DNA of 41,816 bases from Candidatus Woesearchaeota archaeon (GTDB lineage Archaea > Nanobdellota > Nanobdellia > CAZCWL01 > CAZQAZ01): NCBI GenBank assembly GCA_964591855.1, contig CAZQAZ010000004.1:1-41816 (forward strand), read 5' to 3'. The translations under genes were made by a program, and so were the position numbers. Every line of letters starts with the position of its first letter. The stretch's first letter is position 1. Of this stretch, positions 7,937-14,634 are shown in pieces. Below the pieces are notes generated by a model. That model searched no databases, was not told the DNA's origin, and worked only from the letters and a program-made list of their open reading frames with translations.

Positions 7937-9955
7937 TCACCCCTCAGCAACTTTTATTCCCAGTTCCTCATCACATATTGGACAAAACTCATGCTCTCCA
8001 GGAATATAACCATGTATTGGACATATGCTAAATGTGGGCGAAAGAGTGTAATAAGGAAGTCTATACCTAAAAGCTATAGTTCTTACAAGTCTTTTAACAG
8101 CCTCTATAGATGGCGCCTTCTCTCCTAAGAATATATGTAATACAGTTCCTCCCGTATACTTTATTTGTAGAAGGTCTTGTTTATCAAGAATCTCAAATAA
8201 ATCATCGGAGTAATCTACTGGGAATTGAGACGAATTGGTGTAATAAGGTGCCGCTCCTAGTTCTCTGTAGTTTTTCTCATTTGCAACTATTATGTCTGGA
8301 TATTTCTCTTTATCTAATCTTGCAAGCCTATACGATGTACCTTCGGCAGGTGTAGCTTCAAGATTATATATGTTCCCTGTTTCTTCCTGGTAGTCGCTTA
8401 TCCTCTCTCTCATGTAGTCCAAAACTTTAACAGCAAACTTAAGTCCTTCATTGGTTGTTATAGGTTCTCCTATCAAATTCAAGCTTGCTTCATTCAATCC
8501 AATAAGACCTATTGTAGAGAAGTGATTCTTCCAGTAGCTACCAAACCCTTGCTTTATGTCCTTGAGGTAGTATTTGGAATATGGGTATAATCCTTGCTCC
8601 GTAAACTTCTCAAGGACTTTCCTCTTAATCTCAAGAGACTCCTTTGCTAGATCCATTAATCTTGATAATCTCTCAAAGAATTCATTCTCATCTTTCGATA
8701 CATAACCAAGTCTTGGTAGGTTTATGGTTACCACGCCTATTGATCCTGTAAGTGGATTTGCACCAAATAATCCTCCTCCCCTCTTTCTAAGCTCTCTATT
8801 GTCTAATCTCAATCTACAACACATACTTCTTGCATCTTCTGGCTTCATATCCGAATTAACAAAGTTCGAGAAGTATGGAATACCATATTTAGCTGTCATC
8901 TCCCAAACTGGGTCTAAGACTTCATTGTCCCAGTCGAAGTCTTTGGTTATATTATAAGTTGGTATAGGGAATGTAAAAGGTCTTCCCTTAGCATCACCTT
9001 CAAGCATGACTTCGGCAAATGCCCTGTTGATCATGTCCATCTCTTTCTGAAACTCACCATAAGTTTTATCCATTATCTTGCCGCCAATAATGACAGGCTC
9101 TTTCTTCATGAACTCTGGAACAGATAAGTCCATTGTTATATTAGTGAATGGTGTTTGGAACCCAACTCTTGTTGGAACATTAACATTAAACAAGAATTCC
9201 TGCATGGCTTGCTTTACTTCCTTATAGGTTAGATTATCATATCTTATGAAGGGTGCAAGAAGTGTGTCGAAGTTAGAGAAAGCTTGAGCTCCAGCAGCTT
9301 CTCCTTGTAGTGTATAGAAGAAGTTAACCACTTGTCCAAGGGCTGTTCTGAAGTGTTTTGCTGGTTTAGTTTCTATCTTACCAGGTACACCACCAAAACC
9401 AAGTATAAGGAGTTGCTTTAAGTCCCACCCAACACAATAAGGACCCAAAGTTCCTAAATCATGAATGTGAAAGTCTCCTGATTTATGCTTAGATTGTATC
9501 TCCGGAGGGTATATCTTACCTAACCAATAATTCTCCACTAACTTTGATGCAATGTGGTTATTTAAACCTTGTAGTGAGTAAGACATGTTTGAGTTCTCTT
9601 TTACTCTCCAATCAGTTTTATTGATGTAGTTGTCTATAATCTCGAACGAAGAGAATAAAGAAGCAAGATTTCTTAGATCACTATGTTGCTTCCTGTATAA
9701 GATGTAAGCCTTTGCAGTCCTAGCATGACCATTCTCTATTAAAACCTTTTCAACAATATCTTGTATGTCTTCAACTGTTGGAATTCTGTCTTTAAACCTC
9801 TCCTCCGCTATGGCTACAACCTTGTCCGCCAGAGAACTTGCAAGAGTTCTATCCGTTCCTCCAACGGCCCTTGCAGCCTTCCATATAGCATTTGCTATCT
9901 TAGCCTTATCAAAACGAACGAGTCTACCATCCCTTTTTCTTATTAATTTTATCAT
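7937..9955 (-). CDS. nrdD: Anaerobic ribonucleoside-triphosphate reductase large chain lacking the glycyl-radical tail
   Basis: N-terminal ATP-cone (IRKRDGRLVRFDKAKI...AKAYILYR), the active-site SMCCRLRLD, and a C-terminal Zn site CPIH...CPIC. The track start at 9970 is TTG, so the ATG at 9955 is used. The ORF stops before the RVxGY motif. Confidence 0.9.
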   Translation of the reverse strand: MIKLIRKRDGRLVRFDKAKIANAIWKAARAVGGTDRTLASSLADKVVAIAEERFKDRIPTVEDIQDIVEKVLIENGHARTAKAYILYRKQHSDLRNLASLFSSFEIIDNYINKTDWRVKENSNMSYSLQGLNNHIASKLVENYWLGKIYPPEIQSKHKSGDFHIHDLGTLGPYCVGWDLKQLLILGFGGVPGKIETKPAKHFRTALGQVVNFFYTLQGEAAGAQAFSNFDTLLAPFIRYDNLTYKEVKQAMQEFLFNVNVPTRVGFQTPFTNITMDLSVPEFMKKEPVIIGGKIMDKTYGEFQKEMDMINRAFAEVMLEGDAKGRPFTFPIPTYNITKDFDWDNEVLDPVWEMTAKYGIPYFSNFVNSDMKPEDARSMCCRLRLDNRELRKRGGGLFGANPLTGSIGVVTINLPRLGYVSKDENEFFERLSRLMDLAKESLEIKRKVLEKFTEQGLYPYSKYYLKDIKQGFGSYWKNHFSTIGLIGLNEASLNLIGEPITTNEGLKFAVKVLDYMRERISDYQEETGNIYNLEATPAEGTSYRLARLDKEKYPDIIVANEKNYRELGAAPYYTNSSQFPVDYSDDLFEILDKQDLLQIKYTGGTVLHIFLGEKAPSIEAVKRLVRTIAFRYRLPYYTLSPTFSICPIHGYIPGEHEFCPICDEELGIKVAEG

Positions 9956-9965
9956 TTTAGAACAC

Positions 9966-10008
9966 CACAATATGTTGTGCTGTATCTAAGTAATAGCTCA
10001 ACATATTG
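9966..10008. promoter_or_regulatory. Two quasi-palindromic boxes (perfect 10-bp inverted repeat, centres 31 bp apart) between the nrdD TATA and the ATG
   Basis: CAATATGTTG at 9968-9977 and CAACATATTG at 9999-10008. The extended box CACAATATGTTGTG spans 9966-9979. TATA-like boxes lie at 10026-10044 and the ATG at 9955. Confidence 0.45.
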
Positions 10009-10050
10009 GTATTAAGCAAAGGAAGTATATAAAGGATTTTATAATCCGAA

Positions 10051-11124
10051 CTATGTTTTGGAAAGGATATGTTTGAGTGAAGCGTGTAATTCCGCAAGCT
10101 TACGAGATCTCTCCTTAATAATCTGAGAGGGAAGCTGCTTTAGTTTAGAAGCTTCCGTTCCAGGTCTTGAATAAAACTTTGATATGTTTAAAACTTCTGG
10201 CTTTATTTCTCTTATTAAGTCTAAAGTTTGTTTGAAATCTTCTTCTGTCTCAGTAGGGTAACCAACAATTATGTCGGTTGATATCCTTATGTTTGGAATT
10301 TCATCTCTGAATCTTTTAACTACTTGTTTAAAGTCTTCAACAGTGTAGAGCCTTCTCATATGTTTTAGCACGATGTTGCTTCCCGATTGAACTGGAATGT
10401 GTGCGAACTTTATGATCTTCTCATCCTTGTAAACTTCAACTAACCCATCAACTATCTTCAAAACATGATTTGGATTCATCATTCCATTCCTGATTTTGAA
10501 CTTTTTATCTATTTTGACTATCTTGGAAAGGAGCTCTACTAAATTTGTACCTATGTCAAAACCATAACATCCATTATCTTGAGACGTGAGATAAAAAGTA
10601 CTTGCATTTGAACTTTTTATTCTGTTAATTATCTTCTCAGGAGGATAAGACCTTAAAGTTCCTCTTGCGAACTTCGTAGCACAATAAGTACATGCTCCAA
10701 GACATCCTTGAGATATTGGAATTATGTCTATGTTCTTGCTCCTTGTTAGGATTAACCTCTCACAGTACTTTGCACTTAGCTCTACGACTCTCTCCCCATT
10801 CAAAACTCTTTCGAATATGTTAACCACGTCAAGAACCTGATCTGGTCCCATCATGGAGTAATTTGGAAACTCCTTCTCAAGTCTTGGCTTGTTTATTTTT
10901 GGAAGGCAGCCTGCTATTATAACTTTCTCGTTTTTAAGCCTTCTAATGAAATCTACTATCTTATTTTCAGTTGGTCCCTTAACCCCACAAGTGTTAACTA
11001 TAACAATGTCTGCCTCTTCCAAGTTAGATTCTTCATACTTCCTGCTAAGTAACGTCCTCATGACTTCAGAATCTGCTTGATTAGCTGCACAACCAAATGT
11101 AACAATGTTAAACTTTGGTCTCAT
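10051..11124 (-). CDS. MiaB/MtaB-family radical-SAM tRNA methylthiotransferase (archaeal CDKAL1-like) without a TRAM domain
   Basis: 357 aa with the N-terminal UPF0004 domain (FGCAANQADSE...VNTCGV) and the radical SAM cluster CLGACTYC. The protein ends about 35 aa after the radical-SAM core. Confidence 0.8.
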   Translation of the reverse strand: MRPKFNIVTFGCAANQADSEVMRTLLSRKYEESNLEEADIVIVNTCGVKGPTENKIVDFIRRLKNEKVIIAGCLPKINKPRLEKEFPNYSMMGPDQVLDVVNIFERVLNGERVVELSAKYCERLILTRSKNIDIIPISQGCLGACTYCATKFARGTLRSYPPEKIINRIKSSNASTFYLTSQDNGCYGFDIGTNLVELLSKIVKIDKKFKIRNGMMNPNHVLKIVDGLVEVYKDEKIIKFAHIPVQSGSNIVLKHMRRLYTVEDFKQVVKRFRDEIPNIRISTDIIVGYPTETEEDFKQTLDLIREIKPEVLNISKFYSRPGTEASKLKQLPSQIIKERSRKLAELHASLKHILSKT

Positions 11125-11126
11125 AC

Positions 11127-12932
11127 TCAGAAGTGAGGTCTAACTGATATAAACTTTGCGTTATTTAGTGGTCTAAATGGATAGCCTTTGGTCCTCTCTT
11201 TTATCTCTTCTATGAGATCTTCTGCTTTCATCTCCTTAACCTCTCCAGTCTCCCGAGTTCTGACCGCCAGCACTCCTTTTTCAATCTCTTTGTCTCCTAT
11301 AACTACAATATAAGGTACCCACTCCTCCTCTGCATCTCTTACTTTCTTTGGAATAGTCTCATTTCTATCATCTACATCTACTCTTATGTTCTCCTTCTCA
11401 AGTATGTCTAAGATCTCTTTGGCTTTATCAAGGTGCTTATCTTTAACTGGGCATAATCTAACTTGTGTAGGTGTGATCCATAATGGAAGAGTAGGATTCT
11501 TCTTGTGTAAAGCTGTATCAAATAAAGCATAGAGATATCTCTCTATGCCTCCAATAATAGCTGTGTGAAGTATAACTGGATGCTTTTGTTTCCCTTCATG
11601 ATTTGTGTACTTGATATCAAACCTCTTTGCATTGCCTATGTCCATCTGTACAGTTCCTATCTCTCTTGGAGTTCCAGTTTTGTCTATTATGTGATACTCT
11701 ATGTTAATAGTCCAATAGAACTCCCCTTGTGGTACAGTACTTATCAAAACAGGCTTCCCTTTGTATTTAACCAGCTCATGTATCCAATCTTTGTTTTCTT
11801 CTAAGAACTCTTCAGTAACATTGTATAAGTCCCAGTATTCTCTCCCAAGTTTTTCTATTTCATCGTATATTTTCTTGTGTATGGTCATGAAGAGTTCTTT
11901 AGCTTGCTTTTTATCCTTGCAAAAAACATGCATATCTGGCATGAAGAACCTACGAAGCCTAAAAGCAAACACAACCTCTCCACTTTGTTCTAATCTATAA
12001 GAGTCTGCTATCTCAAAAGCTCCAAATGGTAGATTTTTGTACGACAATATCCAATCCTTTATCATAGAAAATTGTTGGTGGCATGCAGCATACCTCATTA
12101 TAAATTCTTTATTTCCTGCCTCCAAGGAATAAAGTCTGTCTCCAAATAGTTTGGCATGCTCTGCTATGGCTGGAAGTCTAACATTGAATAAGTTAGTACC
12201 TCTAACTTCATACACTGGAAACTCAAACTTTGAAACTAAATCCCTAACGTAATCTGAGACCAAGTTAAACATCAAAGTAGCTTGTGGTCCATACCTCATG
12301 TGTCCCACATCAGAAGCGGGCTCCCAATCAAAGCCAAATTTCTTCATTACTTTTATGTACTCAGGTTCTCCCTTACTTGGAAGCTCTTTCCCGAGAGCTT
12401 CCTTCTCAACAAGGGTCTTAAATTCCTCCTCTCCAGGCTTGAAATTGTATTCGTCAACATTGTACAGCTTACCATCAACATCCATTATGTAGAAGTTCTT
12501 CTTCAAGCCATGCCTTTTCTCCTCAAGGTTTTCAGTTGCTTTGATCTCTTTACTTAATTCTGCTAGAGGATGTCCTTTAACAGATATGTCAAATTGTTTG
12601 TACCAACCAAAAGGAGCGTGCTTTGCTCCAAGTTTCTCAGAAAGAAGTAAGAAAAGCTTCTTTGCGGTGTCCAAATCTGAGAGATTGGAGCTAAGATGTG
12701 CATACGGGTAAACAATTATCTCCTTAGCTTTAACTTGATCAACTGTTTTCATTATCTCCTTTACTGCGTTGTCTACAGTGTTTTCATTGTCTCCCTTTTC
12801 TATGGCTGTGAAAACTACAAGTGCCTCTTTTCCTTCTAAAGAATAATCCTCTGGGACTTCTTCTGCATTCTTAACTGCCCTCTTTACAGGCTTTACCTTT
12901 ATCCAGTTGGAGTGCAAAGTTAAGATTTTCAT
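11127..12932 (-). CDS. thrS: Threonyl-tRNA synthetase, archaeal type with N-terminal editing domain
   Basis: 601 aa with the archaeal editing domain (MKILTLHSNWIKVKP...), a class II core and a C-terminal anticodon-binding domain. Confidence 0.95.
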   Translation of the reverse strand: MKILTLHSNWIKVKPVKRAVKNAEEVPEDYSLEGKEALVVFTAIEKGDNENTVDNAVKEIMKTVDQVKAKEIIVYPYAHLSSNLSDLDTAKKLFLLLSEKLGAKHAPFGWYKQFDISVKGHPLAELSKEIKATENLEEKRHGLKKNFYIMDVDGKLYNVDEYNFKPGEEEFKTLVEKEALGKELPSKGEPEYIKVMKKFGFDWEPASDVGHMRYGPQATLMFNLVSDYVRDLVSKFEFPVYEVRGTNLFNVRLPAIAEHAKLFGDRLYSLEAGNKEFIMRYAACHQQFSMIKDWILSYKNLPFGAFEIADSYRLEQSGEVVFAFRLRRFFMPDMHVFCKDKKQAKELFMTIHKKIYDEIEKLGREYWDLYNVTEEFLEENKDWIHELVKYKGKPVLISTVPQGEFYWTINIEYHIIDKTGTPREIGTVQMDIGNAKRFDIKYTNHEGKQKHPVILHTAIIGGIERYLYALFDTALHKKNPTLPLWITPTQVRLCPVKDKHLDKAKEILDILEKENIRVDVDDRNETIPKKVRDAEEEWVPYIVVIGDKEIEKGVLAVRTRETGEVKEMKAEDLIEEIKERTKGYPFRPLNNAKFISVRPHF

Positions 12933-12954
12933 AACTAAAAACTGAAACTCAGCA

Positions 12955-12962
12955 TTTATAAA
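12955..12962 (-). promoter_or_regulatory. TATA box (TTTATAAA) for thrS
   Basis: It lies 22 nt upstream of the thrS ATG at 12932. Confidence 0.4.
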
Positions 12963-12963
12963 A

Positions 12964-13173
12964 TTAATCTTTTATTATGATCTTTTTCTTCCTAGAGGTC
13001 GTTCCAATTATCTTGATTTTGGATGGTGGAACTTTATACTTCTTTGAAATGAGCTTTACCACTTCCCCATTTGCCTTGTTATCTCTAGGTGGAGACTTAA
13101 CTCTTATTATGTTGCCATCTATCTCAGAAACCTTAGAGTTTGGAATAACTTTTACCTCTAAACAAATGCTCAT
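12964..13173 (-). CDS. DUF167/YggU-family protein
   Basis: VKVIPNSKVSEI...VKSPPRDNKANGEVVKLISKKYKVPPSKIKII matches the YggU (UPF0235) pattern. The track start at 13182 is TTG, so the ATG at 13173 is used. It overlaps the upstream membrane-protein gene by about 41 nt. Confidence 0.65.
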   Translation of the reverse strand: MSICLEVKVIPNSKVSEIDGNIIRVKSPPRDNKANGEVVKLISKKYKVPPSKIKIIGTTSRKKKIIIKD

Positions 13174-13711
13174 ACTCACCAACCGTGATCAAGGATGCTA
13201 AGAAGGATATTATTATTGAACATATTGATACTTGGTATGCGCCTAACTCAAAAAGATTTATGATTACTGGTATAAAGAGTCCTATTAAAGCAAGAATTAT
13301 GTATCTAACCTGACTCCTTAAAACTATTTTAATCTGATTGTCCTTGTGGAATATCATACCAAATATCATAATATAGAATGTACCAAGGCTTAAGAGAATT
13401 ATGAAGAAATCGTTTCTAAATGCAGCGGATAAACCTAATATTAAAGGTAAGGCTGTAAATCTATGCATTCTCTTTTCTGCCAGGAGAATCACGGCAAAGG
13501 CTAGCAAAATACCTGCCACAGAGTACCACGACTCCAAGAAAGATATAATTAAAGCTACGAACATGAAAATTACCCAAATGAGCTTATCAAACTTCTTAAA
13601 CGCTGTTAGGTTCTTCCTTATCTCTTTATCAGAAACTCTTCCTATTAATGTTCCTACTAAGTAAGCAAAAGATGATACAACAAATAGCACCAACAACTGC
13701 TCCAACAGCAT
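13133..13711 (-). CDS. Polytopic membrane protein, function unknown
   Basis: 192-aa ATG ORF with about 6 hydrophobic segments and no recognisable motif. Confidence 0.5.
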   Translation of the reverse strand: MLLEQLLVLFVVSSFAYLVGTLIGRVSDKEIRKNLTAFKKFDKLIWVIFMFVALIISFLESWYSVAGILLAFAVILLAEKRMHRFTALPLILGLSAAFRNDFFIILLSLGTFYIMIFGMIFHKDNQIKIVLRSQVRYIILALIGLFIPVIINLFELGAYQVSICSIIISFLASLITVGEYEHLFRGKSYSKL

Positions 13712-13769
13712 ATTGTTATAAGGGGTTGTTAATTTATAATAGTTTTTATGCCACTAAGTGAGCAGTGAG

Positions 13770-13854
13770 CGCTGGGGGTGGGATTCGAACCCACGCATCC
13801 CGTGAGGGAAACAGGCTCTCAAGGCCTGCGCCGTAACCGCTTGGCTACCCCAGC
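13770..13854 (-). tRNA. tRNA-Ser (anticodon UGA)
   Basis: Hand-folded. Acceptor GCTGGGG/CCCCAGC, anticodon stem CAGGC/GCCTG with loop CTTGAGA, a long variable arm, T arm GTGGG-TTCGAAT-CCCAC and discriminator G. Confidence 0.9.
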
Positions 13855-13868
13855 TTAGTTGGCCAGCT

Positions 13869-14033
13869 TTAAGTGTCCAACATTAGTATAATCCCATCTT
13901 CTATTTTATATTCTTTCCCACATTTTGTGCACTTGAACTTACCTTCTCCATTGCTTTCATATTTGAGCTTGGACCCACACTCTAAACATACCATTATCTC
14001 TTCTAGTTTTGATACCGTCTCTTTACTTAGCAT
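13869..14033 (-). CDS. Trm112-like zinc-ribbon protein (methyltransferase activator family)
   Basis: Hand-translated 54 aa, MLSKETVSKLEEIMVCLECGSKLKYESNGEGKFKCTKCGKEYKIEDGIILMLDT, with CxxC...CxxC plus YxIxDGI(P)xML. TTTTTATT lies 21 nt upstream. It is below the ORF-track cutoff. Confidence 0.7.
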   Translation of the reverse strand: MLSKETVSKLEEIMVCLECGSKLKYESNGEGKFKCTKCGKEYKIEDGIILMLDT

Positions 14034-14089
14034 GCAAAACTAATGACAGGAGAGAATAAAAAGGTTTTGAGAGGAAAGGAAAAGGGAAG

Positions 14090-14218
14090 AAAAATTTGTG
14101 GGCGTATAGCAAAGGGAATGCATCACCTCCGAAGAGTTAATGCACCCTTGCTAACACGCTTTCCACTATCAATTACAGTGATTTTTAAGTTTAAAAACCT
14201 TTTGAGTGGAAAATGCCG
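14090..14218 (-). ncRNA. Candidate small structured RNA of unknown class; strand and ends inferred
   Basis: The palindromic TTTATAAA at 14240-14247 would place a minus-strand TSS near 14216. An 8-bp stem pairs 14160-14167 with 14205-14212. A ~58-nt extended hairpin at 14102-14159 is capped by C(UUCG)G on the minus strand. ACA and a U-run follow at 14090-14099. Confidence 0.2.
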
Positions 14219-14239
14219 GTGAAACTATCAACAGACAGC

Positions 14240-14247
14240 TTTATAAA
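14240..14247. promoter_or_regulatory. Palindromic TATA box (TTTATAAA), possibly bidirectional
   Basis: It lies 21 nt upstream of the ATG at 14269 on the plus strand. The same box read on the minus strand faces the structured region at 14090-14218. Confidence 0.4.
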
Positions 14248-14268
14248 TAACTATTTCCTTTAATATGT

Positions 14269-14634
14269 ATGTCTGAATATATAGTTCCAATGCAAGCAGT
14301 GGGACAAGGGATCCAGGAGATAGACACTCAAGATTCACTTGCACTAGCATATATTCCATTAGATAGAGAACTAAAGAGAATACTTGGAGATAAGGATCTT
14401 GGCTTTCTATCACATGAACTTAGGAGAAATGATCTCTTTCCAGGTCTTGAAGACCTTTCTTTAATGAGAGAGAACTCCAATTTATTGATTCTTGGTAGGT
14501 TTAGAAGAGACTCCCACTCAAAGTATGTTAATATGTGTAATATAGTAAGAGCTATAGGTCTATACGCGTATTTAAAAGCAAACAATTGCTTAGATTACTC
14601 TCTTCAAGGAGAAGGCTATTCCTCGCTCTCTTGA
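14269..14634 (+). CDS. Orphan hypothetical protein with uncertain coding status
   Basis: 121-aa ATG ORF at leaderless spacing from TTTATAAA. It is poorer in Lys than its neighbours, has no recognisable motif, and its last 45 nt are antisense to the 3' end of cbf5. Confidence 0.3.
   Translation: MSEYIVPMQAVGQGIQEIDTQDSLALAYIPLDRELKRILGDKDLGFLSHELRRNDLFPGLEDLSLMRENSNLLILGRFRRDSHSKYVNMCNIVRAIGLYAYLKANNCLDYSLQGEGYSSLS

Noticed and set aside
7925-7950. The nrdD/glycyl-radical split as a simple frameshift sequencing error or pseudogene
   Set aside because: This is not adopted as the primary reading. The junction carries a clean stop, a strong GAGGGGTGA RBS and an ATG 4 nt later. It also adds about 18 extra residues relative to the usual spacing from the Zn site to the Gly motif. 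An assembly indel still needs to be excluded with reads.
14090-14218. An H/ACA guide RNA next to cbf5 (two hairpins followed by ACA and a U-run)
   Set aside because: The 3' hairpin is almost fully self-complementary. The regions that would form the pseudouridylation pocket pair with each other (GCAAGGG/CCCUUUGC), leaving only 2-4 nt internal loops. The 5' hairpin has no K-turn or K-loop. It is kept only as a generic structured-RNA candidate.
14043-14222. A 59-aa plus-strand ORF (MTGENKKVLRGKEKGRKICGRIAKGMHHLRRVNAPLLTRFPLSITVIFKFKNLLSGKCR), just below the track cutoff
   Set aside because: Its ATG is only 9 nt from the divergent trm112 start, so it would lie inside the trm112 promoter with no promoter or RBS of its own. 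The region is dominated by long inverted repeats, which suggests RNA or DNA structure. It cannot be fully excluded.
14066-14250. RNase P RNA-like motifs on the plus strand: GAGAGGAAAGG (CR-I-like GAGGAAAG) and GGUGAAAC...ACAGACAGCUUUA (CR-V-like)
   Set aside because: The two motifs can form only a 4-bp AAAG/CUUU pairing instead of a P4 helix. There is no P3 hairpin before the CR-I-like element, and the span (~190 nt) lacks the other conserved helices. The resemblance is probably due to purine-rich low complexity.
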